Notes: generated from the letters alone by a model not told the origin. 34,450 nucleotides of DNA from a virus (IMGVR_UViG_3300033407_000079:1-34450), one strand, 5' to 3'; numbered from the stretch's first letter, positions 26,202 through 33,914 are shown. Program-made: numbers and translations.

Positions 26202-26953
26202 CGAACCGCAGTCGGATTCGATCTTGCGACATTGATCCGCATCGGGACGACAGTACGGTTTTTCACGACGTTTGAGGCCGCGTGCAACACACACCTTCCC
26301 CACCGCCGCTTGATTTCCCGCGTCACGGCGATCCTTCGCCTTTGGTCCACCAGATCCACATTTCCGCCAGCGCCGCCGAATATCCGGCCATTGGCGAAAA
26401 AGAACCTGGTGTCGGCATACACCGCGCGGTCGTCGCGCAGCGTCCGCAAGGTCCAATCCAGGTCGCCGCGGCCGATCAGCGACTCGTCGTACCTCCTACT
26501 CCGGGCGGCGCCGCGGATTCCGAACGCAACGCAGACCGGTTGCACGGCGCGAATCGGCCGATTGGCGGGGTCGATCACCGTGTAGTTTGGGGTGCGGGAA
26601 AAGCAGCAGCACGTCATGTCCAGATCCTCGATCACTCGAAGTCCGTTAGTCACGACAACAGCGGCGTCGTCAGCCGATAGATGCCGCGTCGGCGGAATTG
26701 TGGTCCGTACTGCGATCACATCGTCATCCACGAAAAACAGCGCCGGTTCCTCAAAGTGATCCAGACACCAGTTGAACACCGCGGCGAATCCGAGTTTTCC
26801 CGGGTGGCAAACCAGCCGGCGACGCGCGACGACCTGCGTGTAAGAGTCGCGCTCCGCGCGATCGACAACAATCGTAGCGCCGGGAAAAAGCGCCGCGGAC
26901 CTCCTAATCTGACGTAGCCTTTTTCGGCTTGGAATTATGAGCCTGTAAGACAT
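26198..26953 (-). CDS. TET-associated/GREB1-like GT-A glycosyltransferase
   Basis: IIPSRKR start, FFVDDDV DxD motif, D.DWTL, F...GG, ..RRWG. Confidence 0.7.
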   Translation of the reverse strand: MSYRLIIPSRKRLRQIRRSAALFPGATIVVDRAERDSYTQVVARRRLVCHPGKLGFAAVFNWCLDHFEEPALFFVDDDVIAVRTTIPPTRHLSADDAAVVVTNGLRVIEDLDMTCCCFSRTPNYTVIDPANRPIRAVQPVCVAFGIRGAARSRRYDESLIGRGDLDWTLRTLRDDRAVYADTRFFFANGRIFGGAGGNVDLVDQRRRIAVTREIKRRWGRCVLHAASNVVKNRTVVPMRINVARSNPTAVR

Positions 26954-27584
26954 CCAACACCCGTTCCGCCGCCACAGCGCGGCATATTCCCAACCGGCTT
27001 TTTTTTAAGCCCTTGATCCGCTCGACGCCGATCCCCAATGCCGCACAGAGTGTATTCCACGTCGAGCTATCGCGCGCGCAAATCACGACGTAGTCATAGT
27101 GTTCATGCGGCGCAAGATTCATTCCGTCCGTTTCTGTACCGCCATCTTCCTCTTCGCCCGGCGCCTGCTCTTCATCGATCACCTTGGGAGCGATCTGATC
27201 GGCCAACCGCTTAAGATCCGCTTCCTCAAACTCGATCTGCCGAAGCAGATCGCTCAGCTTAGATTTGTCGACCTCAGCCATCTGAGAGACCGAGTCCAGC
27301 GTCGCCAGCAGCTTGTCAGCCTCGGCTTCTGAAACGTCGAGTACCAGCACAGGCACGCGTTGGTCGGGAGTGATCTCCGCTCTCAAATGCCCATCGATTA
27401 GGACCAACGAACCATCTGTCTCTTCTCGGGCCAATAATGCATCTGCGTATCCCACCTCACTTAGGATCGCGCGCAATCGATTTCGCTGCGAATCCGGATG
27501 CCGGCGGAAATTTTTGGGATTAGCCATCAATGTCGAGGCTTTGACTCGCCGCAATGACCTGATCCGATCACGCACCTCACCCAT
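26904..27584 (-). CDS. ParB/Srx N-terminal domain protein
   Basis: L.ANPKNFRRHP..Q...L..IL.EVGY...LL......LIDGHLR; C-terminal HYDYVVI domain. Confidence 0.8.
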   Translation of the reverse strand: MGEVRDRIRSLRRVKASTLMANPKNFRRHPDSQRNRLRAILSEVGYADALLAREETDGSLVLIDGHLRAEITPDQRVPVLVLDVSEAEADKLLATLDSVSQMAEVDKSKLSDLLRQIEFEEADLKRLADQIAPKVIDEEQAPGEEEDGGTETDGMNLAPHEHYDYVVICARDSSTWNTLCAALGIGVERIKGLKKSRLGICRAVAAERVLDVLQAHNSKPKKATSD

Positions 27585-27624
27585 GATGATGAACTCCCGA
27601 TTTCCGACCAAGCGCCCAAAAAGC

Positions 27625-27730
27625 GCAATCGATTACCCGCGCGCCTCCACCCCCCCGTCGAGAAGGACCCATGGGGGGGCCGTAAGTCCTTATTTGTCGT
27701 CCGGAAACCATCGTCGTAAGTCCTTATGTT
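27625..27730 (-). other. candidate cos/packaging region
   Basis: minus-strand GGGTCCT (identical to lambda cosQ) at 27670-27664, then a G-run and CGCGGGT; adjacent direct repeat CGTAAGTCCTTAT x2. Confidence 0.45.
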
Positions 27731-27816
27731 TCGTCGGCCCAACAGGGCGGCCCGGCGCTTCGGGCTTAGCTCGAGGGGATAGGCATTCACCCTCCGCGCC
27801 CGGACCGCCGCGGCGT

Positions 27817-28161
27817 CTAGCGGAATAGATCAATCAGGCGCAAGATGCGCTCCAGGGCCGCAAGCCACCGATTCCAGTCGATCCCGGCCGCTCCCACGTC
27901 GCTTTGCACGTTGCACAGCGCCTGCTGTTGGGCCTCGACCGAGAGGGCTTGCACTTCGGCCAGCGGCGAACTGTCCAACGCCAGGGCAACCGGCGCCATT
28001 GCGTCGTCGATCAGACCCCAGCGGGCCGCATACGTGTGGGCATCCTTGAGCGCCAGAAGTTTCGCGACGGCGTGCTGCGCAACCGTCGCGTTCTCCACCG
28101 CCCACCTGCCCCAGCGGAGCAGTTCGCCGAGGTCGATGTCTTGGGTTTCGATTTCGTTCAT
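27817..28161 (-). CDS. hypothetical protein
   Basis: AAGGA RBS, ATGA overlap; helical, C-term IDW..W...LE.IL.LI. Confidence 0.65.
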   Translation of the reverse strand: MNEIETQDIDLGELLRWGRWAVENATVAQHAVAKLLALKDAHTYAARWGLIDDAMAPVALALDSSPLAEVQALSVEAQQQALCNVQSDVGAAGIDWNRWLAALERILRLIDLFR

Positions 28162-28577
28162 ACGTTTCCTTTCATGTCTTCAATACGTTGCTCAATTACC
28201 TTGATCTGCTCGTCGTGCCGCCTCAGTGTCTCCGCGTGGGACTTGAAGATATGCGAGTGGGCGTTCTCGTCGGCCTTATGTTTTCCCAGCGATTTTACGA
28301 GCAGGTCGATCCTCCCATGCGCGGAGATCGCGCCCTTGAACTTTTCGTCCAGGTTGTTTTGCAGCGCAATCACGCGCGCGTCGGTGACCGCCACGCTCCC
28401 CATCAACTTAACGATCATCAACAGTCCCCAGCCGCCGAAGAGCGAGGTTGTGGCGGCAAAGCAGCCGGCCGCCCACATCAGCACCTGAGTGTGATCGCCC
28501 TGGGCTAGCAGCGCCATCGCACTGGCCAGAAGTCCGACTTGATTCGCACCGCCGAGAATCCAAATGGCGAGTTTCAT
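28158..28577 (-). CDS. membrane protein with C-terminal coiled coil (holin-like)
   Basis: two hydrophobic segments followed by a charged coiled coil. Confidence 0.6.
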   Translation of the reverse strand: MKLAIWILGGANQVGLLASAMALLAQGDHTQVLMWAAGCFAATTSLFGGWGLLMIVKLMGSVAVTDARVIALQNNLDEKFKGAISAHGRIDLLVKSLGKHKADENAHSHIFKSHAETLRRHDEQIKVIEQRIEDMKGNV

Positions 28578-28589
28578 AGCGCGCTTTTG

Positions 28590-28648
28590 AAAAAACCAAG
28601 GCGACCGGACCGCTGGGCGAAAGGAGTAAAAGCCTGCCGTCCGGCCGG
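28590..28648 (-). terminator. putative intrinsic terminator/hairpin
   Basis: CGGCCGGACGGC...GCGGUCCGGUCG stem followed by CCUUGGUUUUUU. Confidence 0.4.
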
Positions 28649-28649
28649 C

Positions 28650-28754
28650 TCACCAATGCATATCTCGGACCAACTCCAACACGCTGCGTACCAGCATGTG
28701 GCCGATCAGGGTGGCCAGCAGGACGCTACTGACTATCAGGATCGAGTCTTTCAA
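28650..28754 (-). CDS. possible 34-aa membrane peptide
   Basis: TTG start, (M)KDSILIVSSVLLATLIGHMLVRSVLELVRDMHW single TM. Confidence 0.35.
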   Translation of the reverse strand: MKDSILIVSSVLLATLIGHMLVRSVLELVRDMHW

Positions 28755-29097
28755 CGCTGCCGCCCTCGCCCCCTTCGGGCCACTCCCAAGAGACGCGAAA
28801 CTTGAGCGGCTCGGCCTGGCCGGTGACGTTCTGATTCGGCTGGGAACCGGCATCGTTTTTGCCTCCGAGGTACAGCAGCGCTCCGGCGATCGCGGCGAAC
28901 CCGGCCAGGATGGCGGTGATGATCACCGCCACGCCGATCAGGTGTTTGAGCGTCATGCCGTGGTATTCGTTGTGGATCTCCACATCGTCATCCGCCGCAA
29001 TGTCGTTGGCCTTGGCGATGATGCGTGTATGCAGACGCTGCCGGGCGGCTTCGCCCTTGGCCCACTCGCCGTACAAAACTCCCTTGTCAATCGCCAT
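28726..29097 (-). CDS. single-pass membrane protein
   Basis: MAIDKGVLY...; TM LIGVAVIITAILAGFAAIAGALLYL. Confidence 0.65.
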   Translation of the reverse strand: MAIDKGVLYGEWAKGEAARQRLHTRIIAKANDIAADDDVEIHNEYHGMTLKHLIGVAVIITAILAGFAAIAGALLYLGGKNDAGSQPNQNVTGQAEPLKFRVSWEWPEGGEGGSVERLDPDSQ

Positions 29098-29410
29098 CTT
29101 GCACTTCGGCGGGCTGGTCTTCGACGCGATCATCCGTTTCCGTTTCCGCCTCGATCAACGTCAGCAACTTGTCCACGATTGTCGGATTGGCCACGATCGC
29201 CAACACGACGTCGATCGCCTTTGGCCCCAAGCCCGCGGCCTCAAGATAAAACCGCCTCAACGCATCCGTCTCGGTCGGCCAGGTCGGGTTGAGCGCCCTG
29301 AAGGCCATCATGTCTTTGGCCAGCCTGTACCGCGCTCTCTCCATCGCGGGCAGCTTGGAAATATCCACGCTCCCATCAGGAAGGATCGCTTCGTCGGGGC
29401 TGTCGTTCAC
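29087..29410 (-). CDS. hypothetical protein
   Basis: GTG start with AGGTGAG RBS, fits operon. Confidence 0.6.
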   Translation of the reverse strand: MNDSPDEAILPDGSVDISKLPAMERARYRLAKDMMAFRALNPTWPTETDALRRFYLEAAGLGPKAIDVVLAIVANPTIVDKLLTLIEAETETDDRVEDQPAEVQDGD

Positions 29411-29420
29411 GGTCGCTCAC

Positions 29421-29648
29421 CTACGGCGTCACGGCCGGAAGCGCCGGAGGACGGATACTGGCCAGGTCGGTGCTCAGACCGGCCTTACTGAGTTCCTTCG
29501 CGGCGCTGGCCTCCACGAGGTCAACGCTGCTCTCCAAACGCACGAACACTTTTTGCTGCATGTCCATCTGCTGCGCATGCGCCCGCGCGGCCGCCGTGAT
29601 GCACGCCGCCTGCTCGGACTGCAAAATTTCCATCATGTCGATTGCCAT
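29421..29648 (-). CDS. small Ala/Gln-rich helical protein
   Basis: GGGAG RBS; 75 aa. Confidence 0.65.
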   Translation of the reverse strand: MAIDMMEILQSEQAACITAAARAHAQQMDMQQKVFVRLESSVDLVEASAAKELSKAGLSTDLASIRPPALPAVTP

Positions 29649-29669
29649 TGGTCACTCCCGTAAAAAAGA

Positions 29670-30836
29670 CTATTGGTCCGGCGTGATCGTGATGATCGCT
29701 TCCGCCCTCAACTCCCGCTTGATTTCGCTCTTCACCTCGGCTTTCAGCGACGCCAACTCCTCGCGGATCGCCGCGCGCACGGACGCAATATCGACGCCTT
29801 CGCCGGCCGGACCCGGGGGCCCGGGATCTCCCTTCGGACCCTGCGTCCCTTCCGGGCCAGCCGGACCAGCGGCCCCGGCGCCCGCAGCAGAGTCCTTCAA
29901 CGATTGCAAATCCGTGCGCAGGCTGCCGAGGTCTTGTCTCGTGTCTTGCACCTCCGCCAGCAGCGCATCGACTTGATTTTTTAGATCGACCAGCGATTGC
30001 GGCTGTTCCGGTTGCGGTTTCACGGTCGGCGCCTCCGGAGTGGGAACGCGAATCCGCGGAGGAGGGCAGTCGTATCCGCCGGCGTACTGGTCGGCCCCGT
30101 CGCCACCAATCGGGATCGTGTTGCCGACGATCAGGTTGCCGAATCGATCGACCGGTTTGCCCGGCTGCGAACCTGCTCGCGGGCGCGGCGGCAGGTTCGG
30201 CGCCAGCCAGGCGATGCGATTGCCGACCTGCTGTAAAAATCGCTTGATGCACGTCAGCCGCACGGCCATCGTGCTCGTCGCATGGTCGCTGCCCCACAGA
30301 ATCCCGCACAACCGACCTTGCGCGTCCAGTATCGGACCGCCGCTGTCGCCAGAGCGCACGCCGGTGGCGATCGAAAACCACTCACCGGGGCCATGATCTT
30401 GACGATAGACGCCGCGCGAAGCGCGAAACTGCATACCGCCAGGGCCGTAGCCGGCGGCCGTTAAAACCTCTCCGCGGCTTGGCGCGCTGTCGCGTATCTC
30501 CACCGGCTCAACGCCTGACGGCTCGTTGATCAACAGGGCCGCCAGGTCGTTGCGCCGATCCGAGGAGACTACGCGACACCGAAAACTCCCATGTATCGGA
30601 AATTGCACACGCCCGGTGCCGTTGCTGTCGCGGACGACGTGCGCGTTGGTCAGACAGAGACCTTGACCGCCTCCTTTGGCGATCAGGATTCCCGATCCGC
30701 CGCTACCGTCGCTCATCCACACCCGCACAATCGCCGGTTGGGTGAGGTTGGCCGACGCCGGACGTCGCGCAGAAATACCCACCAGCGGTCCCGCCAACTG
30801 CGCTTGGCCCGCGCCCGGCGGGCAGACTCCACCCAC
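29670..30836 (-). CDS. trypsin-like serine protease with Pro-rich linker, coiled coils and collagen segment (possibly C-terminal part of a UGA-readthrough protein starting at 31094)
   Basis: triad motifs LTNAHVV, NDLAAL, GDSGGP; 9 Gly-X-Y triplets GAAGPAGPEGTQGPKGDPGPPGPAGEG. Confidence 0.85.
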   Translation of the reverse strand: MGGVCPPGAGQAQLAGPLVGISARRPASANLTQPAIVRVWMSDGSGGSGILIAKGGGQGLCLTNAHVVRDSNGTGRVQFPIHGSFRCRVVSSDRRNDLAALLINEPSGVEPVEIRDSAPSRGEVLTAAGYGPGGMQFRASRGVYRQDHGPGEWFSIATGVRSGDSGGPILDAQGRLCGILWGSDHATSTMAVRLTCIKRFLQQVGNRIAWLAPNLPPRPRAGSQPGKPVDRFGNLIVGNTIPIGGDGADQYAGGYDCPPPRIRVPTPEAPTVKPQPEQPQSLVDLKNQVDALLAEVQDTRQDLGSLRTDLQSLKDSAAGAGAAGPAGPEGTQGPKGDPGPPGPAGEGVDIASVRAAIREELASLKAEVKSEIKRELRAEAIITITPDQ

Positions 30837-31094
30837 TCAGCCGGCCTCGGCCGATTGAGGCCAGAACGGTTGAAACGGCAGAGAAATCCAAAGCGCGATC
30901 AACAGCTTGATCGGCGTGTCGGTCACGAACCGCAGGATGACGTTCCCGACCGCGACCGCGGCGGCGATCCAGAGCGCGGCTTCGGGGTGCTCTGAGATTA
31001 GCTCTTGATTTGAGAGCGCCGTCAGGATCGCCACCACGAGCGTGACGGCGTTGAGCCAGAATGTGCGGCTCTTGAAAAACGGCTTCGGGTCCAT
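30837..31094 (-). CDS. holin-like membrane protein
   Basis: KPFFKSRTFWLN N-terminus, two TMs, NVILRFVT..PI, third hydrophobic segment ending AEA. Confidence 0.7.
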   Translation of the reverse strand: MDPKPFFKSRTFWLNAVTLVVAILTALSNQELISEHPEAALWIAAAVAVGNVILRFVTDTPIKLLIALWISLPFQPFWPQSAEAG

Positions 31095-31166
31095 CAGGCG
31101 GCCTCGGGCGCATGTGCATCGATGCGGCCCGCCTGATCCTGGCGCACTGGAACTCCTATCCAGCCG

Positions 31167-31370
31167 TTACGTGGAATCTAGCCCCAGAAAGGGGAACGTG
31201 TCAAGCGTTTGCCGGTCGACGCACTCTTCCCGGAGGATCCGCACGTCGGTATCGGCCTGGAATGCCAGCTTGCTGGTTTGATCGTCCAGGTTTGTGATTT
31301 TCGCGCATCCGTGCCGCGAGAGCAGGTAGACGCAGCGCTTCGGTTTGATGCGCAGGATCAGGTTTGGCAT
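31167..31370 (-). CDS. divergent CsrA-like protein
   Basis: LIL...., .KLAFQA..DVRILREE matches CsrA beta5/helix signature; GGAG RBS. Confidence 0.55.
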   Translation of the reverse strand: MPNLILRIKPKRCVYLLSRHGCAKITNLDDQTSKLAFQADTDVRILREECVDRQTLDTFPFLGLDST

Positions 31371-31389
31371 CGGCTCCATCCGTCAGGTT

Positions 31390-31461
31390 TCAGTTCGGTT
31401 CGTCCGGCGACCGCTCCGGCTCAGCGGCCAGGAGCGCGAGGGCGACTAGGGTTTCAACCAT
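31390..31461 (-). CDS. possible 23-aa peptide
   Basis: GAGG RBS; MVETLVALALLAAEPERSPDEPN fills the intergenic gap. Confidence 0.3.
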   Translation of the reverse strand: MVETLVALALLAAEPERSPDEPN

Positions 31462-31660
31462 CGCAATCCTCAATCACTTCCGCCGATGGGTCGATACCGC
31501 TTCCGCCGCAACGCGGGCAAACCAACAGCATGCCGTAGTCGCCGGTATATGGATCAAACTGACCCTCGATGTAATGCTCACCGAGTCCGTCGCAGGCTTG
31601 ACAGGCATTCGCCTCGGACCAGTCTGCGTATTCGTCGCTGAATGGGTGTTGAAAAGTCAT
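31454..31660 (-). CDS. DnaJ-type Cys-rich zinc-finger small protein
   Basis: CQACDGLG ... CPRCGGSG. Confidence 0.65.
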   Translation of the reverse strand: MTFQHPFSDEYADWSEANACQACDGLGEHYIEGQFDPYTGDYGMLLVCPRCGGSGIDPSAEVIEDCDG

Positions 31661-31857
31661 TCCCACTTCTCCGGATTCGGGTTGTTCGACAACAACAGCC
31701 GCTCCCAGTAATCCACCGCCGCGTCGTAGGTGATTTGCAGTTGCCGCGCGATCTTGTTCACCGACCTCCGAATCTCCGCCGGGGTCCGCTCCGCTCCGCG
31801 CTCGCGCAGCAGGTCGTGGAGTCTGCGGATGGCGACGGTTTCGTCGAACTCGTTCAT
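31657..31857 (-). CDS. hypothetical protein
   Basis: ORF fits operon, helical. Confidence 0.6.
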   Translation of the reverse strand: MNEFDETVAIRRLHDLLRERGAERTPAEIRRSVNKIARQLQITYDAAVDYWERLLLSNNPNPEKWE

Positions 31858-31860
31858 GCG

Positions 31861-32103
31861 CTAGTCACCATGTCGTAAGTCATCCAAGTATGCTTGTGGG
31901 TCATCAATCTGGTCCCATGCGTCCAGCCCGGCGGCGCGCAATTTACTGATCGCTTCATCGACGTTTCCGATTTTGGGGCTTTTGTCTTGTTCCTTCGTCC
32001 GCTCCCACTCGGCGTTGACGCAATGCACGGTGTGCTCGGCGCCGACACTTATCCAAGCAACTGGTTTTCCGTTTGCGTCGTAAATCGTCTGCTTATGGGT
32101 CAT
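31861..32103 (-). CDS. hypothetical protein, paralog of 32093-32308
   Basis: AEHTVHCVNAE and DAWDQIDDP shared. Confidence 0.6.
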   Translation of the reverse strand: MTHKQTIYDANGKPVAWISVGAEHTVHCVNAEWERTKEQDKSPKIGNVDEAISKLRAAGLDAWDQIDDPQAYLDDLRHGD

Positions 32104-32308
32104 CAATCTGGTCCCATGCGTCTGATGCCAATTGCAGCAGTCGGTAATATTCGGCGTTGACGCAATCCACGATGTGTTCGGCACTGGTGGTCGAGACAAA
32201 AAACGGGGCGACCGTCTGGTTGTCGGCCGAGACGATCATGGCAGAAGTGCGATCCTCCAAATCAAACAGCACTCTCCACGGCCTGGGGGGAATCTTGTCG
32301 TCAGTCAT
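32093..32308 (-). CDS. hypothetical protein
   Basis: P.PWRV...AEHIVDCVN motif typical of small phage early proteins. Confidence 0.65.
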   Translation of the reverse strand: MTDDKIPPRPWRVLFDLEDRTSAMIVSADNQTVAPFFVSTTSAEHIVDCVNAEYYRLLQLASDAWDQIDDP

Positions 32309-32314
32309 GGCAGC

Positions 32315-32485
32315 CTAACCCTCATTGTCAATCTCGTCATTGGGGATGCAGAGCAGTTCGGAAAATATGATATCAGCGGCGTGTTTTGCAAAGAGGTCCG
32401 AACTCCGAACAATCCCAGAATGTTCGTCGGCCCAGTCCTCGAGCAACTGGATGAGAGTCGAATAGGCTAAGCCGTTGTGGTTCAT
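32315..32485 (-). CDS. hypothetical 56-aa protein (absent from ORF track)
   Basis: AGGAGG RBS; MNHNGLAYSTLIQLLEDWADEHSG...NEG*. Confidence 0.55.
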   Translation of the reverse strand: MNHNGLAYSTLIQLLEDWADEHSGIVRSSDLFAKHAADIIFSELLCIPNDEIDNEG

Positions 32486-32515
32486 CGCTACCCCTCCTTT
32501 CCTGGTCGGTGACTT

Positions 32516-32788
32516 TCATTCTGGCAACCTCGGCGGACAATGCTTCCGAATCCATTCCTGGACTTCTCTGGCAACCGCTACGTATTCCATTGATGGGTCG
32601 CATGTCGATTCCTGCCCTGGCCGATACGCCAACCAGATTCGGTCGCGGATTCTTTTCGGCAACATAAACCAATGCGCCCGACACCCCCACATGGCCGGAG
32701 GGACTTGCTTGTTGCACCCCGGCCAGTGGCATGTGTGTTGTCGTGATTGTTTCTGCCGTGTCACGTAGCTTGCTTTGGATTCAGCCAT
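32516..32788 (-). CDS. Cys/His zinc-binding phage protein
   Basis: HTCHWPGC...VPPAMWGCRAHWFMLP; GGAGG RBS. Confidence 0.7.
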   Translation of the reverse strand: MAESKASYVTRQKQSRQHTCHWPGCNKQVPPAMWGCRAHWFMLPKRIRDRIWLAYRPGQESTCDPSMEYVAVAREVQEWIRKHCPPRLPE

Positions 32789-32790
32789 CG

Positions 32791-33012
32791 CTACCCCTCC
32801 GGCTCTGGCAACGGTCCGGCGAACTCGCCGCCCATTTCGTTTACGTCCCGATACTCGCGGTCATGGAATGCAAACAGCCGACCGGGCGCGTGATCGAATC
32901 TAACCACCTTAACGACTATCGGCCCCCGCCAGTCGGTGTACTTCCGCGAGATGTGATCTTGACGGAACCAATACTGCCCCGCCTCGGTCGGGCGTTCTTT
33001 GGTGTACTTCAT
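32791..33012 (-). CDS. hypothetical phage protein
   Basis: MKYTKERPTEAGQYWF...FAGPLPEP pattern; ATGA overlap. Confidence 0.7.
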   Translation of the reverse strand: MKYTKERPTEAGQYWFRQDHISRKYTDWRGPIVVKVVRFDHAPGRLFAFHDREYRDVNEMGGEFAGPLPEPEG

Positions 33013-33359
33013 GGCTTCACCCACTCGCGTGAGACTTTGATGATCGTATCGCAAATCTCAAAATATTCCTGGAACAAGGATTTGCACTCGTCGGATATCG
33101 ATCCGTCATACACGCCTCGCATCTGGAAGCTGCGGTTCCTTTCCTCACGCCAAAAGTTCCTGACGGTTATCGAGCCGCCGAACATCCGCTTGACTGACGG
33201 CGGAGCGGAATGCAACCAATCGGCTACTAACGCATCGTCCGGCGGGCCTGGCAGAACGGCAGCGCGGAGGTCACGTGCGATCTCGTATTCAGACCTGACA
33301 GCCAGGTGTTTGATGGCCGCCTCGAACTTCTCGCGGTCCAGCGTGATGGTTTCAGGCAT
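33009..33359 (-). CDS. hypothetical protein, N-terminus paralogous to 33566-33904
   Basis: PETITLDREKFEAA...RAAVLPGPPDDA. Confidence 0.65.
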   Translation of the reverse strand: MPETITLDREKFEAAIKHLAVRSEYEIARDLRAAVLPGPPDDALVADWLHSAPPSVKRMFGGSITVRNFWREERNRSFQMRGVYDGSISDECKSLFQEYFEICDTIIKVSREWVKP

Positions 33360-33573
33360 CGTCTTCCTCCACATTCAGCGCATCGGTCACTGACTCGCGG
33401 CATTGCCGGCACAGGTGCTGACTCTTTCCAACGCAGAGCCATCCGCGCGGTGTGCCGACATTTCCCAGCTTGGTTCCGCACAGGTCACACGTCCATGTGC
33501 TCCAATGATGGTACGGTGTGGCATCACACGTGGCGGGAACAAACGTGCCGAGAACAAACACCATGCTAGCCAT
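33352..33573 (-). CDS. small zinc-ribbon protein
   Basis: TCDLCG...GW...HLCRQC. Confidence 0.6.
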   Translation of the reverse strand: MASMVFVLGTFVPATCDATPYHHWSTWTCDLCGTKLGNVGTPRGWLCVGKSQHLCRQCRESVTDALNVEEDDA

Positions 33574-33904
33574 CGTCTTCCTCGCCTTCCTTCACCCACC
33601 TGCCGTCTTCTCGGAAGTCGTAGCCCTCGGATTTCATCAACTTGATAAAATTGAAAACAAACGGGCCGTGCCTGTACGCCGCATTGTAGTGACTCACCGC
33701 CCGCGCGAACGCATCGTCCGGCGGGTCGGGCAGGATGGCGGCTCGAAACAGAGCGGCGGTCGCGTGATCCCTGCTGAAACTGTTGCGTGTGGTCAACCGC
33801 AGTATGGCGGTCGCGTGATCCCTGGAATTCTTGCGTGTGATCAACCGCAGCATGGCCGCCTCGAACGTCTCGCGGTCCAGCGTGATCGTTTCAGGTTTGC
33901 TCAT
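33566..33904 (-). CDS. hypothetical protein with internal duplication
   Basis: GGGGAG RBS; LRL.TR...SRDHATA occurs twice. Confidence 0.65.
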   Translation of the reverse strand: MSKPETITLDRETFEAAMLRLITRKNSRDHATAILRLTTRNSFSRDHATAALFRAAILPDPPDDAFARAVSHYNAAYRHGPFVFNFIKLMKSEGYDFREDGRWVKEGEEDDG

Positions 33905-33914
33905 GTTCTCCCCT

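Noticed and set aside
26904-27584. ParB as a plasmid partition system
   Set aside because: No ParA or HTH domain; context is the terminase-associated ParB-like family
33009-33904. Diversity-generating retroelement TR/VR pair among the repeats
   Set aside because: Repeats are short, differences are not adenine-specific, and no reverse transcriptase is in the window
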